IMG/VR virus record: IMGVR_UViG_3300025096_000006
Coordinates: 44,231 to 108,230 of that record
Length of the DNA stretch: 64,000 nt
Origin: a virus
Direction: 5' to 3' (one strand)
Part shown: positions 47,409 through 57,050 of the stretch, piece by piece
Position numbering within the stretch: the stretch's first letter is position 1
Layout of the letters: the number at the start of each line of letters is the position of its first letter
Position numbers and translations under genes: made by a program
The notes under the pieces: generated by a model
The model's database searches: none
What the model saw: only the letters and a program-made list of their open reading frames with translations
What the model was told of the DNA's origin: nothing

Positions 47409-48155
47409 TTAATAAATTTTCTCCAGATCTGAATGTATGCCGGTACTTGGATCAAAATGCTTAATTGTATTTTCAGATACAAGCTTATAACTTTTATTAA
47501 CACAAACCATACTGGATTCGCTTAATGGATATCGCCATACGTGCATATATTGACCAATATGTTTTTGTAAATTTTTTATTGCGTTTGAATCGCTAGGATG
47601 ATTATGAATTTCCATCGCAATTATTCCAATATTAGACAAATCTTTTCCATTCATAAATGAATATTCCGAGCCTTCTATATCCATCTTCATATAATCAATA
47701 TAATCATAGTCAATAAGTTTAAAAATATCTTCTAATGAGATGGTTAAACAATTATCATATTCTAAAAGATTCATATCATTTGTTTCAAGCAAAGAGTTGT
47801 CTCCGGGATGCCCACTTTTTGATTTATAAATTTTTGTTATTTGCCCAGTTTTATCTGAGGCTGCTAACCTATTAATGATTACATTTTCAAGCCCAAGCGC
47901 GCTTATTTTATGACTAGCAATTGAAGATAAAAAGGGTACCGGCTCAAAAGCATGCACATGTTTAAAAGATTTGGCTACTTTTATAGAAAACAATCCTATA
48001 TTTGCACCAAGATCTACGGCTACATTTCTTTTAAAGTCAGGAATCAAGTTTTCTATATTGTCAATAGGATATGAATCATTAACCTCTATAGAAAGTTTGT
48101 CTATCCATTTTTTAATAGATTCTTGAGTGTTATATAGATCTTTATAAGATATCAC
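47409..48155 (-). CDS. FkbM-family methyltransferase
   Basis: VDLGANIG.FS, AFEP and KMDIEGSEY motifs. Confidence 0.85.
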   Translation of the reverse strand: MISYKDLYNTQESIKKWIDKLSIEVNDSYPIDNIENLIPDFKRNVAVDLGANIGLFSIKVAKSFKHVHAFEPVPFLSSIASHKISALGLENVIINRLAASDKTGQITKIYKSKSGHPGDNSLLETNDMNLLEYDNCLTISLEDIFKLIDYDYIDYMKMDIEGSEYSFMNGKDLSNIGIIAMEIHNHPSDSNAIKNLQKHIGQYMHVWRYPLSESSMVCVNKSYKLVSENTIKHFDPSTGIHSDLEKIY

Positions 48156-49500
48156 TTTGGATAACCTTTTTTATGTTTAAATCGTAATCTTGAATAAGTT
48201 CACTGATAACAGTGTCCCACTTCTTAGTAATTCTATCAAAGTTGTGGTGTTTTTCAACACCAGCAGGGCATTTTTTTGAAATTTCTTCAAGATTGGAACT
48301 TCTTAATAGTTCTAAGGCGCGGTCTGCCATCTCTACAGTATTGATTCCATTTATAATGTATCCATTTTCTCCATTAGTAATAATATCTAATGCTACCGAT
48401 CTATCAAATGCAACTACTGGACACTCATTGCGCATGCTTTCAGATACCATCATTGGACCAGCATCGGATATTGTTGTACATAAAGCAATATCAGACATTT
48501 TGTAAATCTGGGCCATACCCTGACGACTTTGTACATAGTCTGTTCTTATTGTATTAAAGCGCTGGGTGTTCTGTAGTGGGATTGGTGGACGAGGGCCTAC
48601 ATTTAAAACAGCTATATTCTTTTTTTCTTCTGTGGTGCACCGGTGCCAGATATGATTTAACGCTTCATTGGCAAGATACAATCCCTTTCTAAGGTTATGG
48701 GGTTGCGTGGTTCCCCATAAAATTATTTTTAAATCAGTAGGGAACCCGTACTGCTCTCTTAATTCTTGTTTTGAAGAAGAACAATATGGAATATCGTTTG
48801 GAATTGGAAGTAATTTTGTTTTTTTATCTTTAAATAATGAACTATTTTTTACAATAGATAAACTAAAATTAGAAACTCCAGCAACTATTATTGGCAAGTC
48901 AGACAAATACTTTTTCTTTGCTTCAAAAATTTGTCTTGATTTATCATTTTCAATGTTGCTATTTAACTGTGGGCAATTACCGCAATTTTTAATATATCCA
49001 TCGCATGCAATATTTCTAGGATCTAAATACATTTCTTTTGGTAACTTAATGCTTCCATCTAAAAACCAAGAATTTCCACTATATGTACCGTCTGGATGAC
49101 GCGGATCATATTTAACCTTAACCAAGTCTGGAGCAGCTGGGTAAGCACACCCGCCAGATAGAAAATCATGAGTCATTAATACTCTAATAATGTTGCATTT
49201 GTGTTTGTTATAAATTGCTTTTATTTGTTCTGGAGTGTAGTCTTCTCCATACATAATTAATACTTTATGATTTGGCAACTCGTTAGCAATCTGTTCTGGA
49301 CTTTTATTTCTTATATCAAGTATAAAAGTCTTATCATCTTTAAATGATTTACCCTGATGAATAACCATGTGCGAATCATGATTTAGATTTCTCAAAGCAT
49401 TAAAAACAATATAATTTCCACTTTCATGCGTGCGATCGTATGCATCGTAACCTGCAACATGCAGCACATCTGTTTTTTCTGGTATATTATTAATTGTCAT
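48142..49500 (-). CDS. GT4 glycosyltransferase (WcaC-like)
   Basis: THD..GGC.YP, CGNCPQL, RKG and ESM...PVVAF motifs. Confidence 0.8.
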   Translation of the reverse strand: MTINNIPEKTDVLHVAGYDAYDRTHESGNYIVFNALRNLNHDSHMVIHQGKSFKDDKTFILDIRNKSPEQIANELPNHKVLIMYGEDYTPEQIKAIYNKHKCNIIRVLMTHDFLSGGCAYPAAPDLVKVKYDPRHPDGTYSGNSWFLDGSIKLPKEMYLDPRNIACDGYIKNCGNCPQLNSNIENDKSRQIFEAKKKYLSDLPIIVAGVSNFSLSIVKNSSLFKDKKTKLLPIPNDIPYCSSSKQELREQYGFPTDLKIILWGTTQPHNLRKGLYLANEALNHIWHRCTTEEKKNIAVLNVGPRPPIPLQNTQRFNTIRTDYVQSRQGMAQIYKMSDIALCTTISDAGPMMVSESMRNECPVVAFDRSVALDIITNGENGYIINGINTVEMADRALELLRSSNLEEISKKCPAGVEKHHNFDRITKKWDTVISELIQDYDLNIKKVIQSDIL

Positions 49501-50378
49501 CAGGCAAATCTTGTTCTGAATTTTCTAAGCGGCAACAGTTCTTCTTTAGTTTCATTATCAAGTAAAGAAGTGACTTTTATCAATCCAGTTCCGCAAATTA
49601 CAATAGGAAAAATTCCTTCTTTATATAAAACTTTTCCGGGAGTTCTATTTTCAATTTTTTGATCTTTTACAATTTCAACTTCTGGCAGTCTTGCAAGCCG
49701 ATTATTTACTAATGAACTTGCATTATTATAAGGAAATCCTAAAGAATCTACAAATCTTTTTATATAACTTGAGCTTTTGGACCAATCAATTCTGTAATCT
49801 TCGCCATCTCTCCAAACACTATAAGTGGCATCCTCATCATTTTGAGGGATGCCTTTTATAGGTTTATTGTTTTGAATATTGTTTACAATATTACTTACTA
49901 ATTGTACATAACATTGTGCTATTTTGTCAATAGCTTTTTGTAATTTTATTGGATATTTTATCTCGATGGGCTTTTGATCAATAATATCTCCGCAATCAAA
50001 TTTTTCAGAAGCAAATAAAGCAGTAACTCCTATAATTTTTTCTTCATTAAGTAAACAAGAGACCAAGGGATTAAAGCCTCTATATTTTGGCAACAGCGAA
50101 TCATGAAAAATTATAACCTTCACGTCTTCTAAGAACAGTAGCCATCTCCAAGCAATAGCAAAAGCATATTTCGTCTGTATAGAGTACTCTTGTTTTCTGT
50201 TAAAAAACGGTATTTCATTGTCAATACATAGTTGTTTTATCTCGTCATAATAGTCTTCTTGAATACTTTTGTCTTCTGCAGATACAACTGTTCCAATTAG
50301 ATTCTTATGTTTTTGAATCATAAATTTTAATACTTCGCAGCCCTTTTGTCCCATGATAAGAAAAGAAATTTTATTCAT
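49500..50378 (-). CDS. sugar N-formyltransferase (Fmt-like)
   Basis: FHDSLLPKYRG.NP, GVT, DCGDII and YRIDWS motifs. Confidence 0.85.
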   Translation of the reverse strand: MNKISFLIMGQKGCEVLKFMIQKHKNLIGTVVSAEDKSIQEDYYDEIKQLCIDNEIPFFNRKQEYSIQTKYAFAIAWRWLLFLEDVKVIIFHDSLLPKYRGFNPLVSCLLNEEKIIGVTALFASEKFDCGDIIDQKPIEIKYPIKLQKAIDKIAQCYVQLVSNIVNNIQNNKPIKGIPQNDEDATYSVWRDGEDYRIDWSKSSSYIKRFVDSLGFPYNNASSLVNNRLARLPEVEIVKDQKIENRTPGKVLYKEGIFPIVICGTGLIKVTSLLDNETKEELLPLRKFRTRFA

Positions 50379-50769
50379 ACTGTTTCTCTAGCAAATAAAA
50401 CTTTTTCTTAAATCCACATTTTTCAAATAGTTTTAGGCTAGCCTCGTTATCTATCTTAACTTTGGCGTGTGCAAAAGGATTTATCTTAGTTATTTCAGTA
50501 ATCATAAAAGCTCCAACACCTTTACCTTGGAAATCGGGATGTGTGGCCACACGAATATCGTTATCTATAACTCCTACATAACCGACAGGTGTTTCATCTA
50601 TAAGACAAACCCAATAATCATTATTATGCTTAAGCATGTATCTTGCTTGTTCTATTGGATCTATTTCTTGTTGATTTACAAATCCTTGACGAACTCCATC
50701 CATATTTCTTAATTTTCTAATAAATTCCCAGTATTGAGGATCATTTTTTACGAGAGTTGGCTTTACCAT
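50371..50769 (-). CDS. GNAT acetyltransferase (PseH-like)
   Basis: HPDFQGKGVG and NEASLKLFEKCGF motifs. Confidence 0.85.
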   Translation of the reverse strand: MVKPTLVKNDPQYWEFIRKLRNMDGVRQGFVNQQEIDPIEQARYMLKHNNDYWVCLIDETPVGYVGVIDNDIRVATHPDFQGKGVGAFMITEITKINPFAHAKVKIDNEASLKLFEKCGFKKKFYLLEKQYE

Positions 50770-51557
50770 TCGTCCACCTGAGAACCAAAATGATTACCAC
50801 TGTTAAGCCAATAATGTGTAAGATAGCCTCTGGTATATTTCCATCCTTCTAGATTAAGGAGAGGATTAAGGCAGCTGCCAATATCCATATAAGTATTGCT
50901 TGGTGCCTCTTTATAATTTTCATAAATTACAAAGTTACTTAATGACGCTGCAGAACACAAAATCAAATGATCATTAACGTTATTTTTTGCAATATATTCT
51001 TTTACTTCTTCAACAATGTGATAATCATTCACCATGCAATCAGAGCCTATTTCAAAGGCTTTTTTTACTTTAAACGGAAGGCGAGATATATCGGCTAATT
51101 TATTAACAACATATATTATTTCTCTATCAACGAACAGAGGAACCATTTCTTCTATGAATCTACGATAATTTGCATTAATTAAAAGATTTGAAAAAGTAAG
51201 ATTTTCCTCTTCTTCTCCCAACAAGTTAATCTGCCAATCAAAGTTCTGTCTTCCTAAGTGTGGATCTGTTCCAGTACAAATACCTTTAAAATAATTGTGT
51301 TGCTTGTGTTTAAAGCACTCTATTACTTTCTGTCTGTAAAATTGATGCTTTTCGGGTATGAATTGCTTCTGCTCTTCTTCAGTATAAATATTAGGACCTT
51401 TTATATCGCCCGTTACATAGTGATTATCTGCAAGTATAATAGTTTTATTCTGCATGATGAAAAGTTCACCATCAGAAAATCGAGAAAATGCAAAATTTTC
51501 TTTTCTTTTTAGCATTGCTAATATTTTATCAAATTCTTCTTTGAAATTTTTAGACAT
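50763..51557 (-). CDS. GT-D fold (DUF1792-like) glycosyltransferase
   Basis: FSRFSDGE near the N-terminus and DIGS near the C-terminus, matching the R.GDGE...DIG pattern. Confidence 0.55.
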   Translation of the reverse strand: MSKNFKEEFDKILAMLKRKENFAFSRFSDGELFIMQNKTIILADNHYVTGDIKGPNIYTEEEQKQFIPEKHQFYRQKVIECFKHKQHNYFKGICTGTDPHLGRQNFDWQINLLGEEEENLTFSNLLINANYRRFIEEMVPLFVDREIIYVVNKLADISRLPFKVKKAFEIGSDCMVNDYHIVEEVKEYIAKNNVNDHLILCSAASLSNFVIYENYKEAPSNTYMDIGSCLNPLLNLEGWKYTRGYLTHYWLNSGNHFGSQVDEW

Positions 51558-52333
51558 TATTCACTCCATTTTGGATAAGGGCTATCATTTGCTATTTTAA
51601 ACGCTTTTATAAATTTATCAGGCCAATGTTCTTTTACAATGCCATCAATAGGAGTACGAGGAGGAAGATAGACGCATAGATCATTTGCCAAACAATATCT
51701 TAAAATTTCAATCGTCTTATAAGAATCTGTATGCTTAGAGATTCTAATATCCCATTTGGTATTTTCTTTAGCTTCGTAGTCTCCGTTTAAAACTTCCATA
51801 AGCAATTCAACGGTTAAGCTATCTGCTTTGGTGGTAAATTCTTCTTCAGTGGTATTGCTATCGTATGTGAAAATTTCAGTTTTCAAAATATCCCCACCAT
51901 CAACTCGCTCGCCGATGCGCATCATTGAAACGCCCCATACTCCAGAATTTAAAATTCTACCCCACACTAAAGAAGCGCCTCCCTGCACATATGGCAGTAT
52001 AGCACCATGGTTTCCTATTACTTCGAAAGAATTTATTACTTTTTTCGGAATTATCCTAGAGTCTCCTAATGTTACAATTAAGTCAATATTGTTCTTTTTA
52101 CAAAAATTATAACAATTATCCCAATTTTCAGACTTATCTAAAGTAATTTTGTTATCATTACAAAACTCGTCTAGTGAGATAGAGTTGACTTTTGAAGGTA
52201 AATTTTCATCTTTTAGACCAAATACATAGGAAATCTTTTTGTTGTCCAATTCTAAGATACCTTTCATGCCTTCTAGTGTGAGTTTTGTGTTTCCTACTAC
52301 AGCTAGCTTAGTGATAGAATCGATTTTGTCCAT
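51557..52333 (-). CDS. second, divergent formyltransferase-like protein
   Basis: GNHGAILPYVQGGASLVW, WGVS and VDGGDIL motifs. Confidence 0.7.
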   Translation of the reverse strand: MDKIDSITKLAVVGNTKLTLEGMKGILELDNKKISYVFGLKDENLPSKVNSISLDEFCNDNKITLDKSENWDNCYNFCKKNNIDLIVTLGDSRIIPKKVINSFEVIGNHGAILPYVQGGASLVWGRILNSGVWGVSMMRIGERVDGGDILKTEIFTYDSNTTEEEFTTKADSLTVELLMEVLNGDYEAKENTKWDIRISKHTDSYKTIEILRYCLANDLCVYLPPRTPIDGIVKEHWPDKFIKAFKIANDSPYPKWSE

Positions 52334-52857
52334 CTTTTTGCAACCTCATTATATCCTTCGTGTGTGAAATGTACCCCATCGATCAAATGCTCTCCAAGAC
52401 CGCCCATGGAACAAATCATAAAATTTATTTTTTTAGACAAATCGATGATGCATTGATTATATTTATCAATATATTCTCTGTTGAACATGTAATAGGGACT
52501 AAACTTCAGTGCCGGCAAAGTAGCAACAATTGGCACTTTTCCATTAGCCTTAATTGAATTAATTATTTGTCGTAGATTATCTTCATAAATATCAATCGGA
52601 GTAGGTATTTTAGTATCATTAGTTCCGATCATTAACAAACATATGCGAGCGCTGGCGTTTGATTTTAAAATATGCCAGCTTCTTCTTAGTAAATCAGAAC
52701 TAGTTTCTCCATTAATGCCATAATTGTGACAAATATAAAACTCTCCTGTTTTTTCGCTCAAAATTTTACCTAGCTCAGCTGGATAGGATCTTCCATATCT
52801 GTCACGAGCGCCGTATGTTAGTGAATCTCCCAAGCATACAATTTCATTCCAAATCAT
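52303..52857 (-). CDS. SGNH/GDSL hydrolase (O-acetylesterase or transferase-like)
   Basis: GDSLT, NYGINGETS, GTND and DGVH blocks. Confidence 0.88.
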   Translation of the reverse strand: MIWNEIVCLGDSLTYGARDRYGRSYPAELGKILSEKTGEFYICHNYGINGETSSDLLRRSWHILKSNASARICLLMIGTNDTKIPTPIDIYEDNLRQIINSIKANGKVPIVATLPALKFSPYYMFNREYIDKYNQCIIDLSKKINFMICSMGGLGEHLIDGVHFTHEGYNEVAKRWTKSILSLS

Positions 52858-52869
52858 TATAAATTTCCT

Positions 52870-54495
52870 TTAAATTTTTATCTTATTAACAGTATCCCAG
52901 CTGCCATCTAAGCAATTTTTAATACACATGTCTCGTTCTGTAAAAAACTGCGCGTGAGATACTGCTTGATTATTAGATGTGGCTTTAGAATCTACGCCCA
53001 ACTCATATCCGAGCAGAGAGCTGTGTAATTCTTTTTCATCAGGAGGATGTGGCGGGCAATAAGTCTGTATGTTGCCAAATTTTTGCGCAGTATAAGAAAA
53101 ATGCATATCCTCTCCATTATCCCAAGTAGGCGGCATCTCTTGCCATAAATACGGCAACCACTCGCGTTTAAAAAACCATGCATGACCAACATAGTCTACT
53201 CTTTCTATTTCAATATTTTGAGATGGCCATCCATGACGATAATATTGCATTGCTTTATGACCAGTCTGCACATATCCGGCGCCTCCCATAATTCCTTCTT
53301 TGATTTGCATTGAATTTAAACAATTTTGATGCCATTGAGTACCTGGAATGGTATCGTCATCGTAAACGGAAATATACTCGGTATCCGCCAATAAACCAGC
53401 CGCAAACCTTCCGTAAAATTTCCAGTTAAAGTCATTGTGAAATATTCTATCTACACCGAGAGATTCAAAGTCAAAATCCTTATTATCTTCGTGCGCGTTA
53501 ACCCAAAGCCAAATTTGTTTTGGGGGAGCTGTTTGATTTCTTAACGCATCTACTTGCATTTTAAGATTATAGGGTCTACGATATGCATTTAAGATAACAG
53601 TAATATCTGCATTAGAAGTATTTTGAGTTACTTTGTGTTCTTCAAAAACAGCAGATTTAATATCTTCATACACTCTTTGTCTTTGAGAGCGAACAAATTC
53701 AATAAGTTCTTTTCCTTTATATTGTTTAAACCAATCTTCTGAGATGCAACCATTTTTAACTGTGGTTATTAAAAGACAGTCTACCATTCGTGCTTCGATT
53801 AATACTCTATTGAATGTTTCTAATACTTTTGGAAAATACACATAAGTTTTATGAGAAGATAGCTGTTTAATAAATTCTTCATAATCGGGAGAGCCAATTA
53901 GAGTAAATTTTAATGAATTTTCTTTACAATATCGAATACACTCTTGAGTATTTTTTGTGGGATTTGAGCTATTGACAATGGAGTAATCTTCTTGCTTGGT
54001 ATTGTTAATATTTTTTTCTATTATCGCAAGCTGTTTATCCGTCCACAGACTCATACCAAGATTAATTACGTTATTAATATTTAAATTCTTTTCTATTACT
54101 TCTTTGTGTATTTTTGATTGCGCAAAAATAGCTTTTGCATTAGCATAAAAAGCTCTATTAATGATATATTGAGAAGGAGCTAAATAGTCCTCAAACACAG
54201 ACGGATCTCGCGTGCTTAGATACTTATGATCGTGCTCCATTATACAGTAAGAGCCTGGGTGCTTTATTAGTTCTTGTTTTGTTTGTTCACTAAGATTACA
54301 AAAATTTGATATTATAAATTTAAATCCGCAATTTCGATAAAGCTTAATATGCTTGTCAATTATTAAATTAGAATTAAACTTAACAATTTTTATATCATCT
54401 TGTTTGAGAAGAGATATAAGAATATCGTCACAAATTTCTCCACCGCCGGCGACTTGATTGACAAAAAAGTCCGATATAAAAACTATTTTCTTCAT
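52870..54495 (-). CDS. two-domain glycosyltransferase (GT-B-like plus GT-A/GT2-like fusion)
   Basis: N-half GGGE...ETFNRVLIEAR; C-half ITVILNAYRR...YDDDTIPG...GEDMH. Confidence 0.75.
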   Translation of the reverse strand: MKKIVFISDFFVNQVAGGGEICDDILISLLKQDDIKIVKFNSNLIIDKHIKLYRNCGFKFIISNFCNLSEQTKQELIKHPGSYCIMEHDHKYLSTRDPSVFEDYLAPSQYIINRAFYANAKAIFAQSKIHKEVIEKNLNINNVINLGMSLWTDKQLAIIEKNINNTKQEDYSIVNSSNPTKNTQECIRYCKENSLKFTLIGSPDYEEFIKQLSSHKTYVYFPKVLETFNRVLIEARMVDCLLITTVKNGCISEDWFKQYKGKELIEFVRSQRQRVYEDIKSAVFEEHKVTQNTSNADITVILNAYRRPYNLKMQVDALRNQTAPPKQIWLWVNAHEDNKDFDFESLGVDRIFHNDFNWKFYGRFAAGLLADTEYISVYDDDTIPGTQWHQNCLNSMQIKEGIMGGAGYVQTGHKAMQYYRHGWPSQNIEIERVDYVGHAWFFKREWLPYLWQEMPPTWDNGEDMHFSYTAQKFGNIQTYCPPHPPDEKELHSSLLGYELGVDSKATSNNQAVSHAQFFTERDMCIKNCLDGSWDTVNKIKI

Positions 54496-54500
54496 ATTGC

Positions 54501-55760
54501 TTAAAACGATAAAACTGCATCTTTTGAAGATAAAGAGTGTTCTGAATTAATTCCCAGCCCACGACACACAGATTCAACCATTTCGCTATATTGCTTTTCA
54601 GTTGAAAAGTTTTTCTTAACTTTTTCAGAATATTCAACACATCTTTTAGTCGTGTTTTCAGCACTTTTTCCAGTTAAAGATTCGTAACATCTTCTCATTT
54701 GATACCGAACAGATTTTTCTCTTGGAAATGCCCACATAGACTCTTTAATCAAAACTCCATTCCAGACAGCTTCTTGTTGAATAGGCTGTATATCATACGC
54801 AACATTAAAAAACATATCTTCGCCAGTTTCACTATCAACCAAAAAATCTAACTGGCCAGACCAGCCGGTTGTAACAACAGGAAGTCCACTATATATTGCT
54901 TCAAAGGTTGGAAGACCAAATCCTTCTCCGTGAGTTAAAAGCAAAAATGATTTAATTTTAGGATGTACGTATAGAGAGTGCATCTCTTCGTCAGACATGT
55001 CTCCGTGAAGAAGATAAATTTTACACTTATGATCTCCAAGGCTAGAAAGATATGCTTTAAAATGTGCTATTTGCATTTCTCTGTCTGAAATACAATTTCT
55101 AGCAAAGTTAGACTTCAATACTAACCCAACCTCTTCGTCTCTAAACTCTTCGATAAACCATTTAATTGTATTTAAAATGTTTTTTCGAGGACCCATTTGT
55201 GCAACAGTCAAAAAATTAAAATCATATTCTAAGTTTAATGACAATTCTGTATAATTTTCGTATGTTTTTACAGGATAGTTGACAACATCAATTGGCGTCT
55301 CTATGGCTATATCCATCGTTTGTCCGGTAGTATTATTTGTGGCCGCGTACTGAGTCTCTGTAAATCCTCGCTTTGCGTGTTCTGATATGACTATAACTCT
55401 GTCCATATCATTTGCCTTTATCAGCCATTCATGAGCCACTCTTGTGCTTTCAATACCTGCTGTATATCCAATGTTAATAGGAGCAATTGGTTGCCATTCA
55501 TTTGGAATGGTCACTTGTATCGATGCATCAAATTGAAGATTTTGTTGAGCATGTGCGATTGCTTTTTCAACCATTGAATCAATCCATTGACGCTCCTCGT
55601 TATTTTCGCACATCCATGATGTTTTGCCCCATTCTAGAGGGTGTATATAAATGTCAAACAGATCCGATCTAGAGCGCAAAGCTCTAGCCAAAAATCTAGT
55701 TTGCTCTCCATATCCAGAACGAGTCAAAATAGGACCCTTAATTAAAACTTTCTTTTTCAT
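54501..55760 (-). CDS. GT4 glycosyltransferase
   Basis: RSGYG, RKN and HGEGFGLPTFEA..GLPV motifs; start revised to ATG 55760. Confidence 0.85.
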   Translation of the reverse strand: MKKKVLIKGPILTRSGYGEQTRFLARALRSRSDLFDIYIHPLEWGKTSWMCENNEERQWIDSMVEKAIAHAQQNLQFDASIQVTIPNEWQPIAPINIGYTAGIESTRVAHEWLIKANDMDRVIVISEHAKRGFTETQYAATNNTTGQTMDIAIETPIDVVNYPVKTYENYTELSLNLEYDFNFLTVAQMGPRKNILNTIKWFIEEFRDEEVGLVLKSNFARNCISDREMQIAHFKAYLSSLGDHKCKIYLLHGDMSDEEMHSLYVHPKIKSFLLLTHGEGFGLPTFEAIYSGLPVVTTGWSGQLDFLVDSETGEDMFFNVAYDIQPIQQEAVWNGVLIKESMWAFPREKSVRYQMRRCYESLTGKSAENTTKRCVEYSEKVKKNFSTEKQYSEMVESVCRGLGINSEHSLSSKDAVLSF

Positions 55761-57043
55761 GCTACCTCCAACAAGTGCCAACGTTTATAGCCTTTTCTCG
55801 TTTCCCAAGAACCGTGCTTTTCAATAATATTATCTATTGTTTCTATCCAGCTCTTATTGAATTTTTCAAAACTATAATTATTTGCAACATGGTTTAAGCC
55901 CTGTGTCGACATTTTTTTATAAGACTTGTTAGAAACATTTAATGCTTTTTGTAAAGTATTGTGAAAATCTTCACGACTTATTCTATCTTCATAAATATAA
56001 GGCACCTGCAAAGAACCAATGACTGCTTTTGATGCCGGCTGGATTCCCCACCCAAACCAATTAGTACCATCGGTTACTTGCTCTTGCAAGCCTCCGGTCA
56101 TATTAACGATAATAGGAGTTCCACAAGCTAAGGACTCAAGAGTTGCCAGCCCAAATCCTTCAGCATCTGAAATATTTATAGTAAAATCAGCTGCATTATA
56201 CATGTGGGCTAGCTCTGGCGGCGGAATCTTTTTTGTGGACAGCATTACCTGTCCATCATCAACTCCCAAATGTTGAATAAGGTGTGGAAGATCTTGCCCG
56301 TGGGGATCTCGGGCATCTGTGTGCATCAACAACATTGCTTTGTCGTGACCAACCTTATCTAAAAATTCTTTAAACCACCAAACTAATGTGCCGCTCTGCT
56401 TACGGCGAGCATTTCTATTATTCCAGAAAAAGATTTTTTTATTAGCATTCTTAAGATTAATTGATGATTCGTTTACAAGTTTATTTCTAATAATATTAAT
56501 TTTATTTTTGTCTTCTTGGGTCTTGTATTTATAAAAATGTTCTGAATTAACTGCATGTGAAATATGATGAGTGCTAACTTCGGGCACTACATCGTTTAAT
56601 ATATTATAAGTAACTTTAGAAATTGCTACTACCTCGTCTGTTGAACGATAGTATACTCCATTAAATACAGGAGCCGGATAGTTATCCCATACGTGATAAT
56701 AGACCATAGGAACATTTGCTCTAACTTCATTTTCCATTTCCCACAGCCAACCATAAAATCGCGGGTCGGTCATGAACCATAAAAGATCTGGTCTTTCTTT
56801 TTGAAGAATAGAGCGAATCATTTCAGGAGTTCCGTATCCATCAACAGGATAAATAATCCAATCGTTTTCCCATCCTTCAACTTGTTTTGGAGTATAGTCT
56901 TCGTGTTTCATTGCCCCGCCTAAACAGATAAACTTGTATCTTCCTGTTTTCAGTAGGGCTTCAATAAAATATCTTGTTTGTGTGCCAACGCCTGATGGTG
57001 ATAATGGATGGTCAGATAAGACCAAAATTTTCTTTTTTGTCAT
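55757..57043 (-). CDS. GT4 glycosyltransferase
   Basis: SGVG, NRNARRKQ and EGFGLATLESLACGTPII motifs. Confidence 0.88.
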   Translation of the reverse strand: MTKKKILVLSDHPLSPSGVGTQTRYFIEALLKTGRYKFICLGGAMKHEDYTPKQVEGWENDWIIYPVDGYGTPEMIRSILQKERPDLLWFMTDPRFYGWLWEMENEVRANVPMVYYHVWDNYPAPVFNGVYYRSTDEVVAISKVTYNILNDVVPEVSTHHISHAVNSEHFYKYKTQEDKNKINIIRNKLVNESSINLKNANKKIFFWNNRNARRKQSGTLVWWFKEFLDKVGHDKAMLLMHTDARDPHGQDLPHLIQHLGVDDGQVMLSTKKIPPPELAHMYNAADFTINISDAEGFGLATLESLACGTPIIVNMTGGLQEQVTDGTNWFGWGIQPASKAVIGSLQVPYIYEDRISREDFHNTLQKALNVSNKSYKKMSTQGLNHVANNYSFEKFNKSWIETIDNIIEKHGSWETRKGYKRWHLLEVA

Positions 57044-57050
57044 TTATTCC

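Noticed and set aside
41824-57043. Bacterial O-antigen locus or host contamination
   Set aside because: Seamlessly coupled to phage genes on both sides on the same strand, and lacks flippase, polymerase and initiating transferase
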